A stretch of 64,000 nucleotides of DNA. It comes from Oscillospiraceae bacterium. Lineage in GTDB: Bacteria; Bacillota; Clostridia; Oscillospirales; Ruminococcaceae. Of the stretch, positions 18,402 through 28,035 are shown in pieces. The translations under genes and the position numbers were made by a program. The notes beneath the pieces are model-generated. The model saw only the letters and a list, made by a program, of their open reading frames with translations, did no database searches and was not told the origin of the DNA. Location: the NCBI GenBank assembly GCA_017847835.1, contig JAGASH010000001.1:7270-71269 (forward strand), written 5' to 3'. Within the stretch, counting starts at the first letter, position 1; each line of letters opens with the position of its first letter.

Positions 18402-19265
18402 ATGACTGAAAAGAGAAATTTTGCTGACTGGCTTTCAAAGTTTCGCAGCAGCATAGCCAACTACGGTTACTACATAGATTTCGACAAGGTTTACCGCAAT
18501 GTCAACGACATCAAGGTTGAGCTTAACATCTTAAACTCCCTCATAGGTTCAAGGAACATTGAGGACGAATTCAAGAGCATTCTTGCAAAGTACCCCGAAA
18601 CGCTGAAATGTATCCCGATTTTGCTTGCTGTAAGAGCAAACGAGATTTACGCTATCGACGGCGATGGCGAGTTTACATACGATTTCAAGAAAGCAAACCA
18701 CCCCACCGACGAGTATGTGGTGTTTATGAGGAAAACGGGCTTATTTGACTTGCTCCAAAATCATATCATCAGCAATCTTGTTGACTATGTAACTGGCGTT
18801 GAAACAGGGCTTGACTCCAATGGTCGCAAGAACCGTGGCGGTCATTTGATGGAAGACTTGGTTGAAAGCTATATCAGAAAAGCAGGCTTTGAAAAGGGCA
18901 AGACCTATTTCAAGGAGATGTATATTCACGAGATTACCGAGAAATGGGGCATTGACCTTTCAGCTATTTCCAACAGCGGTAAAATGGAAAAGCGTTTTGA
19001 TTTTGTTATCAAGACCGATAGTTGCATTTACGGCATTGAAACGAATTTCTATGCAAGCGGCGGCTCAAAGCTGAATGAAACAGCACGAAGCTATAAGCAG
19101 ATCGCACAGGAAGTTGCTACTATTGACGGCTTTGAGTTCGTATGGTTTACCGATGGACAAGGCTGGACGAGTGCAAGGCACAACCTTGAAGAAACATTTG
19201 ATGTTACGGAGCACATTTACTCTATTGATGATTTGGAGAATGGAATAATTTCAAAATTACTCTAG
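18402..19265 (+). CDS. dpnB: DpnII/MboI-family type II restriction endonuclease
   Basis: DYVTGVETGLDSNGRKNRGGHLME, KRFDFVI, ETNFYASGGSKLNETARSY, FVWFTDGQGW. Confidence 0.92.
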   Translation: MTEKRNFADWLSKFRSSIANYGYYIDFDKVYRNVNDIKVELNILNSLIGSRNIEDEFKSILAKYPETLKCIPILLAVRANEIYAIDGDGEFTYDFKKANHPTDEYVVFMRKTGLFDLLQNHIISNLVDYVTGVETGLDSNGRKNRGGHLMEDLVESYIRKAGFEKGKTYFKEMYIHEITEKWGIDLSAISNSGKMEKRFDFVIKTDSCIYGIETNFYASGGSKLNETARSYKQIAQEVATIDGFEFVWFTDGQGWTSARHNLEETFDVTEHIYSIDDLENGIISKLL

Positions 19266-19276
19266 GGGAACGAAAA

Positions 19277-19801
19277 ATGTATACAAAACAAAAACATAAT
19301 GTTTTTATTAGTTTCTATCATGCCGATGATCAGAAATATAAAAATTATATTGATAAATTTCTAAGCAAAAATATTATTAATAAATCTGTGGTTGCAGGAG
19401 AGTATAATCCGGATAATAGTGATGAATACATTAAAAGGCTTATACGTGAAGAGAAAATCACTTCTTCATCTGTTATAGTTGTTTTAGTTGGTCAAAATAC
19501 CAAGAAAAGAAAGCATGTGGATTGGGAGATATATGCTGGGCTCGATGAAAACATAAATGGCAACTCTGGTCTGATTGCAGTTATGCTCCCTTCTATTAAC
19601 AAAACACCGAATGGAGGCTACTATTACAGAGATATGCCACAGCGTTTAGCAGATAATGTAAGAACTGGATATGCATCTATTTATGACTGGGAATATGCAG
19701 TAAGAAACTTTGATAAAATAATTGAGATAGCATTTGAGAATAGAATAGTAAAAAAGGCTTTACTAGATAATAGCAGGAAACAGATGCGACGTAATTTGTA
19801 A
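19277..19801 (+). CDS. TIR-like protein (ThsB / MTH538-DUF1863 type)
   Basis: KHNVFISFYHADD, SSVIVVLVGQNTKKRKHVDWEI. Confidence 0.85.
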   Translation: MYTKQKHNVFISFYHADDQKYKNYIDKFLSKNIINKSVVAGEYNPDNSDEYIKRLIREEKITSSSVIVVLVGQNTKKRKHVDWEIYAGLDENINGNSGLIAVMLPSINKTPNGGYYYRDMPQRLADNVRTGYASIYDWEYAVRNFDKIIEIAFENRIVKKALLDNSRKQMRRNL

Positions 19802-19815
19802 GAGGAGTATAATAA

Positions 19816-20445
19816 ATGAATATCTTTTATATAAAGCTTGACGAGTGGAATACAATACTAATATCAATTAACTGGATTGCATTAATTGTTTTGATTGTTT
19901 TGATTTCATTTATCGCTTTCTTGACAAAGAAAGCTGTAAAATATGCGCGAAAAAAAAGAATGATAATTGAGGAGATTACCCTCGGGATTGGTAATAATAG
20001 TTTAAAACTTACCTATAATGAAAAGGATCGTGAAATAGCATACAAGATATGGGTTGAGCTCACTACGAGAAAAGTTGGAATAGATTTTGAAGAAGAAAAT
20101 GATGTTATTGTTGAAGTGTATAATTCGTGGTATAATTTTTTTAAAACAGTAAGAGAACTTATGAAGGATGTTCCATCAGCTCAAATAACTAATTCACAAA
20201 ATTTGATTTCCCTCACTGAACAAGTTTTAAACAAGGGATTAAGGCCTCATCTTACAAAATGGCAAGCAAAGTTCCGAAAATGGTATGAAAATGAGTCAAA
20301 AAAAGAAGAAAACTCATACTGCACACCGCAAGAGCTCCAGAGGAAATATCCAGAATACATTGCACTTGTAAAGGATTTGCTGGAAACCAACAAAAGAATA
20401 ATTGCTTATAAATTATTATTGCAAAAGATAGCATTTAAAGAATAA
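19816..20445 (+). CDS. Hypothetical membrane-anchored protein, 209 aa
   Basis: One N-terminal TM (NWIALIVLIVLISFIAFL) then a helical domain; tightly coupled to the TIR genes. Confidence 0.7.
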   Translation: MNIFYIKLDEWNTILISINWIALIVLIVLISFIAFLTKKAVKYARKKRMIIEEITLGIGNNSLKLTYNEKDREIAYKIWVELTTRKVGIDFEEENDVIVEVYNSWYNFFKTVRELMKDVPSAQITNSQNLISLTEQVLNKGLRPHLTKWQAKFRKWYENESKKEENSYCTPQELQRKYPEYIALVKDLLETNKRIIAYKLLLQKIAFKE

Positions 20446-20448
20446 GGG

Positions 20449-21657
20449 GTGATTTCATTGTCGGGAGTAACAAAACATATTTATGATCATGAAATAAGGG
20501 ATATTCATTCAATGTGGAATCAGGAAATAAAGAGCATTTCTGCATTGCTTCCCAAAGAATATACATTTTATGATGTTGTTGCGTTGTTAAAAAAATACTA
20601 TCCACATGAATGGAATTCTGTACAATTCAAATATGAATACTATAAGAAAAAGGACCAATATTTAAAGCGTAGATTTGGTAAGGCTCGTTATAATATGAAG
20701 TCTGCAGAAGTTCTCCTGCAATCTAATCCAGAATGTCGTAAAATAATGTCTAAAAAATTTATGAGAAATCATAGTGATAAATTTAATGATTTAGAATCTC
20801 AGAAAGCAGAAACTGCATTATGGGCAAAGCGAGAACCGAAGATTAATCGTATCAATTCAAAAATAGAATTAGCAAAATCAAAAACACAGCAGGTAACTCC
20901 TGAATTCATTGATAAGTTAATAGGTTTGTATAGTAGAAAAAACACAAGTCAGAAAGACAAGGTTTATATAATCTATGAATTGAAAAAATATTATAACAAA
21001 AAAGTGATTAATTTCTTTTTTAAGCAGAATGACACTGAAATCAACAAACAACTACGATTGATAGCTTTTTATCATTTGCAAAGCTTTAATTATCAGCCGA
21101 GATTAAGAAGACAAAAATATATGCAAATACATAAAAAAAATAAGAAGAAAAAGAATTATCTTAAGTATGAATATGCCAATCAACAATATACACTTCTCCA
21201 GAATCCGCAAGAACTTGAATATCGAATTGAAAACGGTCCAGAACAGAAAATAAAAGAATATGATTACTTTATTTCGCATAGCAGCATGGATAGTTCTGCC
21301 GTTCAACAATTGATAATTTATGAAAACAGTTTGGGAAAATACATTTTCTGTGACTGGATAAATGATGCAGATTATTTAAAGCGCCATTTAGTTTGTGATG
21401 CAACTCTAAAAGTCATTGAAATGAGATTGGAAAAATCGAAATCATTGATATTTGTTAAATCTGAAAATTCAATGTCATCTATTTGGTGTAAATATGAGTT
21501 GAATTACTTTAATGAATTAGGCAGGCCAATCTATGTAATAAACAAAGATGAAATTGAGAATGCAAATTTTTCAATGAAACTTATGGATAAAAATTTATTC
21601 TTAGGTCCAAATTTTAAAGCGCTTGCATTATTTAACAGTAACAAACCTTGTGAGTAA
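20449..21657 (+). CDS. Hypothetical protein with C-terminal TIR domain
   Basis: Lys-rich N-terminus; C-terminal YDYFISHSSMD...IFCDW...SIWCKYELNY. Confidence 0.8.
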   Translation: MISLSGVTKHIYDHEIRDIHSMWNQEIKSISALLPKEYTFYDVVALLKKYYPHEWNSVQFKYEYYKKKDQYLKRRFGKARYNMKSAEVLLQSNPECRKIMSKKFMRNHSDKFNDLESQKAETALWAKREPKINRINSKIELAKSKTQQVTPEFIDKLIGLYSRKNTSQKDKVYIIYELKKYYNKKVINFFFKQNDTEINKQLRLIAFYHLQSFNYQPRLRRQKYMQIHKKNKKKKNYLKYEYANQQYTLLQNPQELEYRIENGPEQKIKEYDYFISHSSMDSSAVQQLIIYENSLGKYIFCDWINDADYLKRHLVCDATLKVIEMRLEKSKSLIFVKSENSMSSIWCKYELNYFNELGRPIYVINKDEIENANFSMKLMDKNLFLGPNFKALALFNSNKPCE

Positions 21658-21673
21658 TATAGGATACAACGCA

Positions 21674-22417
21674 ATGAAAAAAATCACCAAATGGCAACCC
21701 GACGATTTTGAGCTTGAAATGACCACCCACTGGTCATTCCCCAAGCGTGGCGATTGGGCTACCCACGACGCAAAATGGCGAGGAAACTGGTCGCCGTATA
21801 TTCCGAGGAACATCATTCTCCGCTACTCGCAAGAGGGGGATTTGGTTCTCGATCAGTTCGCAGGCGGCGGGACAACGCTCGTTGAAGCGAAACTACTCAA
21901 CCGTGATATTATCGGCATTGACATAAACAATGTTGCTCTTGAACGCTGTCGGGAAAAGGTTGACTTTGATTACGAACCAGCAAAAGGTAAAGTGTATATC
22001 AATCAAGGTGACGCTCGCAACCTCGACAAAATTCCCGATGAGAGCATCGACCTAATCTGCACTCACCCGCCCTATGCTGACATAATCAAGTACAGCAACG
22101 GCATTGATGGGGATTTATCACAACTGAAAGTCAAGGATTTCCTTGAACAGATGAAACCGGTTGCACAAGAATGTTTCCGTGTCCTGAAGAAAGGCAAATT
22201 CTGCGCTATCCTTATGGGCGATACTCGTCAAAAAGGGTGTATGATACCGATGAGCTTTGATGTGATGAAGATTTTTCAAGGTGCTGGCTTTACACTCAAA
22301 GAGCTTATCATCAAGGAACAGCACAACTGTAAAGCTACGGGTTATTGGAAAACTAACAGTGTTAAGTATAACTTCCTGCTGATTGCACACGAGTATCTTT
22401 TTGTTTTCAAAAAGTAA
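21674..22417 (+). CDS. Second DNA methyltransferase (N4/N6 type; DpnA-like role inferred)
   Basis: LVLDQFAGGGTTLVEA, IGIDIN, LICTHPPY. Codon style resembles dpnM/dpnB. ATG at 21674. Confidence 0.85.
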   Translation: MKKITKWQPDDFELEMTTHWSFPKRGDWATHDAKWRGNWSPYIPRNIILRYSQEGDLVLDQFAGGGTTLVEAKLLNRDIIGIDINNVALERCREKVDFDYEPAKGKVYINQGDARNLDKIPDESIDLICTHPPYADIIKYSNGIDGDLSQLKVKDFLEQMKPVAQECFRVLKKGKFCAILMGDTRQKGCMIPMSFDVMKIFQGAGFTLKELIIKEQHNCKATGYWKTNSVKYNFLLIAHEYLFVFKK

Positions 22418-22489
22418 CGTGGTATGTTGTATTATTAATATAAGTAGCCACTTGACACCTTAAAAACTATTTATGAAAGGAAAAACTGT

Positions 22490-22945
22490 ATGATGAATGA
22501 AATTTGCAAAGAAACGCAAGAATTGTGCTGCTGTCTTGACGAAAGAACGCAGATTTTGATGGCAGACGGCATGAGGAAAGAAATCTGGAAAATCACTATT
22601 GGAGATTACATATTCTCCGCAGATGGAAAATTCTGCATGGTGGAAAATATTATGCAGAGTAGGGAGGAAAACTGCCTCAAAATAAGCTGCGAGAACGGTT
22701 TTTCCGTTATCGCAACATCCGAACACCGTTTTTTGACGACGCAAGGTTGGATAACCGCTTCCGCAATTAGTTCTGATACAATGCTGCTGGACGAGCTTAA
22801 TAATCCGGTTCGTGTTGCCCGTATAGATAAAAAAGATGAAACACATAATGTGTTCAATCTGCTGTTTAAGTCGCCGACAATTCTTATAGCAAACGGCTTG
22901 CAAAGCGGAGATTTTGCTATACAGAACGGTCGTATGCCCGAATAA
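22490..22945 (+). CDS. Stand-alone Hint (intein-like) domain protein
   Basis: CLDERTQILMADG (block A), ATSEHRFLTTQGW (block B TxxH), VFNL...IANG. Confidence 0.8.
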   Translation: MMNEICKETQELCCCLDERTQILMADGMRKEIWKITIGDYIFSADGKFCMVENIMQSREENCLKISCENGFSVIATSEHRFLTTQGWITASAISSDTMLLDELNNPVRVARIDKKDETHNVFNLLFKSPTILIANGLQSGDFAIQNGRMPE

Positions 22946-22967
22946 TTTTTGCCGACAAATTGAAATA

Positions 22968-23002
22968 GTTTCGCCCCGAGTTAATTCTTGGGGCGTTTTT
23001 TT
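22968..23002 (+). terminator. Terminator after the Hint gene
   Basis: cgccccgag ... cttggggcg followed by a T-run. Confidence 0.6.
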
Positions 23003-23023
23003 GCGCTTAAAAATACTCGTTAA

Positions 23024-23065
23024 TTTGGCAATCAAAAAATTTGTGATTATGCACAAAAACTATCT
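23024..23065 (+). repeat. Intergenic repeat, copy 2
   Basis: tttggcaatcaaaaaatttgtgattatgcacaaaaactatct. Confidence 0.7.
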
Positions 23066-23271
23066 CGCTTTTCTAAAATATCACCCACGAAAGCACATTA
23101 AATCAAGCAAAATCGTGTTCAAAAACTCGCTCTATCCGCAATTATTTTGACCGTAAAATTTGCTAATCAATACCTTGAAACGAAAAATCAAAACTTCACT
23201 TTCTTGAATTATGTCGGATTTTGTTGTAAAATACGGAAAAACGGACAAGATTTCGGAGGTGTGGGAGCGGT

Positions 23272-24006
23272 TTGGTGAAGTTTGCGGTGTGTGATGACGA
23301 ACGGGAAATTGCTGATTTGGTTTCGGAAAAGCTGCGGGAGTTTTACCCCGATGAATGTGAGATAAAGTCATATGTTGACGGGAAAACTCTGCTTGCAGAC
23401 AGCGTTCGTGAACTCTTTGACGCGTTTTTCCTCGATATCGAAATGCCCGGTCTTGACGGGTTTACGCTTGTCGAAAAAATCCGCGCAGACAATCCTTTCG
23501 CGAAGATTATTTTTGTAACGAAAAATACCGAACTCGCCCACATCGGATACCTGTACGGCGCGTTCAGATATGTGAGAAAATTCGCGTTGGAGGAAGAATT
23601 GCGCGAGGCAGCTTTGAGCCTAAAACGCGAATTTGACTTGCAAAGCGAGTTCCTTCTTCTCAAAACACCGTTCGGAGAGGTCATAAGAGCGGTAAACAGT
23701 ATCCGATATTTCGAGGTGAAAGGACACCAAGTCACCGCCTTCTTCGGCGATACCGAGGAGCGCGTGAGCGGCACTATGAACGAGTATGAGGCACGTTTGA
23801 AGAATGTCGGTTTTATTCGGATACATAAAAGTTTTCTCGTGAATTTTCGGTTTATCGAGTATGTCGGGAAAACCACCGTGACTTTGATAGACGGCAGTAC
23901 GCTTGCGTTAAGCAGAAACAGAGTTGCCGAAACCAAGAGAAAACTGCTGATTTTTTCGAGGAATAAAGTGCAGCTTTGTTCAAATAACCCTGTAAAAAAT
24001 TTTTAA
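23272..24006 (+). CDS. Orphan LytTR-family response regulator
   Basis: FAVCDDE, FFLDIEMPGLDG, FIRIHKSFLVN, LSRNR; no adjacent kinase. Confidence 0.9.
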   Translation: MVKFAVCDDEREIADLVSEKLREFYPDECEIKSYVDGKTLLADSVRELFDAFFLDIEMPGLDGFTLVEKIRADNPFAKIIFVTKNTELAHIGYLYGAFRYVRKFALEEELREAALSLKREFDLQSEFLLLKTPFGEVIRAVNSIRYFEVKGHQVTAFFGDTEERVSGTMNEYEARLKNVGFIRIHKSFLVNFRFIEYVGKTTVTLIDGSTLALSRNRVAETKRKLLIFSRNKVQLCSNNPVKNF

Positions 24007-24018
24007 GGAGGAACTCAA

Positions 24019-24519
24019 ATGAAAACATTGCAGGAAACCGAAAAACCGCAGCTCTCGGTAGGGCTGGAATTCACGTTTATGGGCGTTGACCTCGGCGCGT
24101 TTTACACGAAAAAGCCGGGCGGCTTTCAAATTTTCGTGGCGCCGATGAGCGTTGATAACAATGTTGGAATTACGCTGGGCGAAATGGTTGCGCAGTTCAA
24201 TAAATTGGCAGGCGATGGCGCGCTTGATGCTGATGACGTAAAAAAGAAAATCGAGAGCGAAGAATCCCCCGAAAATCTCGCCGGTATTGAGTGGGACAAA
24301 GTAAAATTCTGCTTAAAAATGCTGTTCCTGAATATTAACCGGGAAACAGGCAAAGAGGACATAACGGAATACGCGCTGTCGCTTCAAATCCTCGCGGACG
24401 GGCTTATTCCGAAAGAAATTACTATGTTCAACGTCAAATCCTTGAGTTTCAACATCTGGAACACGAGGCGCCAAAACGTGCTTGACAAAATGTCGCTGAT
24501 GACTCCCGAATCATTTTAA
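24019..24519 (+). CDS. Hypothetical protein, 166 aa
   Basis: AGGAGG RBS; co-oriented and closely spaced with the 1040-aa gene. Confidence 0.7.
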   Translation: MKTLQETEKPQLSVGLEFTFMGVDLGAFYTKKPGGFQIFVAPMSVDNNVGITLGEMVAQFNKLAGDGALDADDVKKKIESEESPENLAGIEWDKVKFCLKMLFLNINRETGKEDITEYALSLQILADGLIPKEITMFNVKSLSFNIWNTRRQNVLDKMSLMTPESF

Positions 24520-24531
24520 GGACGTGATTTT

Positions 24532-27500
24532 TTGAGCGAGAAGGATTTTTCGCTGAGCGTCGGCGTGCGCGGCACTCTGCTCGGCTACGATGCGGCTGCT
24601 GCGTTTAATCGTCAGCACGGCGTGAACTGCTTTCAGGGGCAAGTGAGCGTAAACGGCGGCGCGAACGGCCTTATATCGCTGCTTGACGAGGATTTGTCGG
24701 AGAAGCTGCGCGCGGTTTTGCCGGAGTTTTTGTCACGCGTAAACTCTGAAGTGAGCTTCAGTTTCGGTTACGACCACTCGCTTTTTTCTGTTGATACCGA
24801 CACGCTGAAATTCACCGCAATTTCATTGAAAAACGAAAGCGGCGAGGCAACCGGAAGCGGCTTTCTATGCGAAGTTTCGGACGGCAAGAGCAGCGGAATT
24901 GTCGCGGAAATTATCAAACCCGCGAAGGATTTTATCGGCATAGACAATTTTTATCTGTACATTTCAAACGGACGGCAGCCTGTCGATATCGGCAGACTGC
25001 TAAATCCGTTTGACAAAAAAGATACGATATCACCGCCCGCGAAGCTGTTTAACGGCGGTTTTTGTCTTTACTCGCGATATGATTTTTCCGAGTCGCGCGG
25101 GGGCGTTTTGGACAAGTTTCTCGGCGAGCTGCTCGGGGTAAAAAGCCTTGCTTTTTTCGCGGGAAAGGACGCAGAAAATGCGGCGTATTTCGCGCTGTCG
25201 CTGCCGCGGCTCACAAACGAAATTCTGAGCGTTGAGGACTTAATTCTGAAATTCGCGAGAGGAAAAACGGGCGTTTGCTTCGAGGTATCGGGAACGCTCT
25301 CGTTAAGCGCAATTCCGCAAACCCGCTTCGCGCTCGACTGCACCTTGTCGCCCGAACGCGTAATGCTTTCGGCGGCGGTTGTATCAAAGGAATTCGTCAA
25401 CCTTATCGGCGATTTTTACGTTGGTGACGTGGTGCTCTCAATCGGCTTCAACAAAGGCTTGACGTTCGGAATACTTGGAGAAATTCAGCTGCGAAAGCTG
25501 TTTTTGTTTGGCGCGGTTCAGCTGACTTACAGCGGTGTTCTGAACGTGCAGCTGATAAGCCTTGCGACCGGAAAACTCACGATTTCCTCGCTCGTTGAAA
25601 ACATCACGGGGCTTTATATTTCGCAGCTCAACGTGCTCGACAATATTCTTTGTGTTGACTATTTCAAAATCGATTTTGCAAAAAAATTCCAAATTGATTG
25701 GTTCAAAAACGGCGATGTAACGCGGATTGTGAGCTTTTTTAACGACAACATCAAGTCGGAGCAATTATCGCTTCACGATGATTATGTTGCCGTCAAAAAA
25801 GAGCCGCAGGGTGACGGTTATTACCTCACGGATAAGTTTCGTATGCGGCATTATTACGTTGACGGCGGCGGAAATTTGTCGCTTCGACCACAGTTTTACT
25901 ACTCAAATGTTGCTGAGCCGTTTGAGCTCGCGAACGGAATGGTGGTCAGCGCGGGAATTTTCTTTTGCGCAGAAATTCGCGTATTTGAGATAATTTCGCT
26001 GAAAGCGCTGTTTTCGTTTCGACAAAACGAGGGTGCGCTTGCGTTCGGAATGTTGTCGGAAATTGATTTGGGAATAATAAAAATTTCCTCATCGAATTTC
26101 GGTGAAGAAAACCCTATCCCGTTGCCCGAAAACAGCGTTCTGAAGCAGTTTCTCGACATTTCATCAAAGGGCGTTGCGTTCTTTTTTCAAACCTCCGCAA
26201 ATGAAACATCGTTCTATTTTGACGGAATAATTTCGATTGCGGGATTGCTGAAATGTCAGGCGCGGCTGTTTTATCAAAAGGGTTTGATTTCTGTCAACGC
26301 GGAAAGCACGCTTTGCGGAATGACCACGAAAATTTCGCTTTCTGCGGATTATCGGAGCTTCAAAACCGCGAGCTTTTCAATCGCGCTCTCGTTCGATACA
26401 TACAAGCTCGAAGAAACGCTGGCGGCGGTGAAAAACCGCTTAACGCGCGCGATTGAGGTGTGCAGGAAAAAGATTAACAACGCAAATCGTTCGCTTGAGG
26501 ACGCGAAAAATAAGGTGCGGAAGTTGTACGGCGAGATTGACGTTTTGAACGGAAAAATCAACGATTGCCGGAACAGGCTCAGCCGTATGAGCTGGTGGAA
26601 AAAGATTTACTATGCGCCAATTATCGGCTGTGAAATCGCGGGTTTGGAGATTGCAAAGGGCGCGATTTACGCCGCGATTGCCGTTGCTGAAGCGGCTCTG
26701 ACAGTGGCACAAGCGGCGGTTAAGTTCGCTGGAACACTCGGCGAGGGCGTGCTGAAACTCGTGAACGGCGTCATCGATTCCGTCACTTCGCTGTTCTTTA
26801 TACGCAAGCTCGAGGCGGTTTTGTCGGCTGACGTGAACGAGATTTATATGCGGCTTGGCATCGAATTTGTCGCGCTTGGCAAGGAGTACAGTTACAGCTG
26901 GTCGGTCGAGAAGAAGATTATGGGCAGCACCGAGCAAGGTCGCGCCGCGATTTCGCACGCGATGATTAACAAGATGGAACCCGATGTGAGCGATTTGGAA
27001 AATGGCGTTGTTTCGGGCGCACGGCTGATGAATAAGTATGCGAACGTTAAGGCGTATTTTGAGCAGCCCGCGAAGCTTTCCGACGCGGCGGCGGTGCTTG
27101 AAAGAAACGCCGAAATGATGCGGTTTATTCAGAACAGATACGTTGAGGAATTTGGCGAGGAGCTGACCGATTTCGATGAAATGAACGCGCGGCTGATTGA
27201 AAATATTGGCGTTATAAAAGCGAATATCGACGTTGCCGAGAGGTCGGCGGCGCTCTCCGAGATGAAAGATACGGTTGACAAGCTACGCGAGATTTCCAAA
27301 ACCGCAAACGGCGGTGATAGCGAAACAGCCGCGGAAGCTGTTGAAAAATACGATAAAGCTGTCGAGCTTTCCGGTGAAATGCGGGAGCTTCTCGAACGGC
27401 TTGACGAAACGCGTGACGCGATTTGCTCGATAAGGGACGAGCGCCGCCTAAATGCCCGAAAAGCCGTGAAATCGCGTGGGATTTACGGCGAGCAATATCG

Positions 27501-27654
27501 CGGGAGTATGTACGAATACGCGAAAAGTGTTCGCGAGAAGATGGAATCGACCTACAAAGACCTTCCGAAAAACGGCTACATTAACCTTTGGAACGACGAG
27601 CAAATTCGCGAAACGGTGCTTCAGGCGGAGGAGTATTTTAGGACGAATGGGTGA
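24532..27654 (+). CDS. Large hypothetical protein (1040 aa): beta-rich N-terminus, coiled coil + hydrophobic hairpin, helical C-terminus
   Basis: Long ORF with host-like codon use. Heptad region KKINNANRSLEDAKNKVRKL followed by an Ala-rich hydrophobic segment. Confidence 0.75.
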   Translation: MSEKDFSLSVGVRGTLLGYDAAAAFNRQHGVNCFQGQVSVNGGANGLISLLDEDLSEKLRAVLPEFLSRVNSEVSFSFGYDHSLFSVDTDTLKFTAISLKNESGEATGSGFLCEVSDGKSSGIVAEIIKPAKDFIGIDNFYLYISNGRQPVDIGRLLNPFDKKDTISPPAKLFNGGFCLYSRYDFSESRGGVLDKFLGELLGVKSLAFFAGKDAENAAYFALSLPRLTNEILSVEDLILKFARGKTGVCFEVSGTLSLSAIPQTRFALDCTLSPERVMLSAAVVSKEFVNLIGDFYVGDVVLSIGFNKGLTFGILGEIQLRKLFLFGAVQLTYSGVLNVQLISLATGKLTISSLVENITGLYISQLNVLDNILCVDYFKIDFAKKFQIDWFKNGDVTRIVSFFNDNIKSEQLSLHDDYVAVKKEPQGDGYYLTDKFRMRHYYVDGGGNLSLRPQFYYSNVAEPFELANGMVVSAGIFFCAEIRVFEIISLKALFSFRQNEGALAFGMLSEIDLGIIKISSSNFGEENPIPLPENSVLKQFLDISSKGVAFFFQTSANETSFYFDGIISIAGLLKCQARLFYQKGLISVNAESTLCGMTTKISLSADYRSFKTASFSIALSFDTYKLEETLAAVKNRLTRAIEVCRKKINNANRSLEDAKNKVRKLYGEIDVLNGKINDCRNRLSRMSWWKKIYYAPIIGCEIAGLEIAKGAIYAAIAVAEAALTVAQAAVKFAGTLGEGVLKLVNGVIDSVTSLFFIRKLEAVLSADVNEIYMRLGIEFVALGKEYSYSWSVEKKIMGSTEQGRAAISHAMINKMEPDVSDLENGVVSGARLMNKYANVKAYFEQPAKLSDAAAVLERNAEMMRFIQNRYVEEFGEELTDFDEMNARLIENIGVIKANIDVAERSAALSEMKDTVDKLREISKTANGGDSETAAEAVEKYDKAVELSGEMRELLERLDETRDAICSIRDERRLNARKAVKSRGIYGEQYRGSMYEYAKSVREKMESTYKDLPKNGYINLWNDEQIRETVLQAEEYFRTNG

Positions 27655-27746
27655 GTGACGAATATCGGCGTTTTTTGTGTATCGAAACCATAGTTGCGGT
27701 GAACTTACACAAAACCTATCTGCGAATTTTGTCGAAACGTATGAAA

Positions 27747-27820
27747 TTGTTACACGTTGCGCAGGGTTTCTACATCTTGGGAAATGGCGGGTTGAAATGG
27801 GAATGAAAGGGTGGTATAAT
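27747..27820 (+). repeat. Promoter-containing intergenic module, copy 2
   Basis: 42/51 identity to 16441-16491; TTGAAA (27792)-17-TATAAT (27815). Confidence 0.7.
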
Positions 27821-28035
27821 GGGGTGTGGGTAAGATTACACAGTGTGTGACAGTTGTATATTATTAAACTATTAAAGAATTCCAATATACATTAAAAAAT
27901 TTATATAAAGTTAAAATGCTTTTGGTTACTTGATAAACTTGAGACAAATTTAATTCGTTGATTCAATCATGGTATGGATTAGGCAAATGATTCTAAAAAG
28001 GTTGGTAAAATATATGGAAAAGAAGATTATGAAAT

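Noticed and set aside
23189-23285. Partial matches to the agr box (caaaacttcac at about 23189; tttggtgaagtttg at about 23270)
   Set aside because: Single copies with the wrong spacing to -35; the second is the coding start of the LytTR gene.
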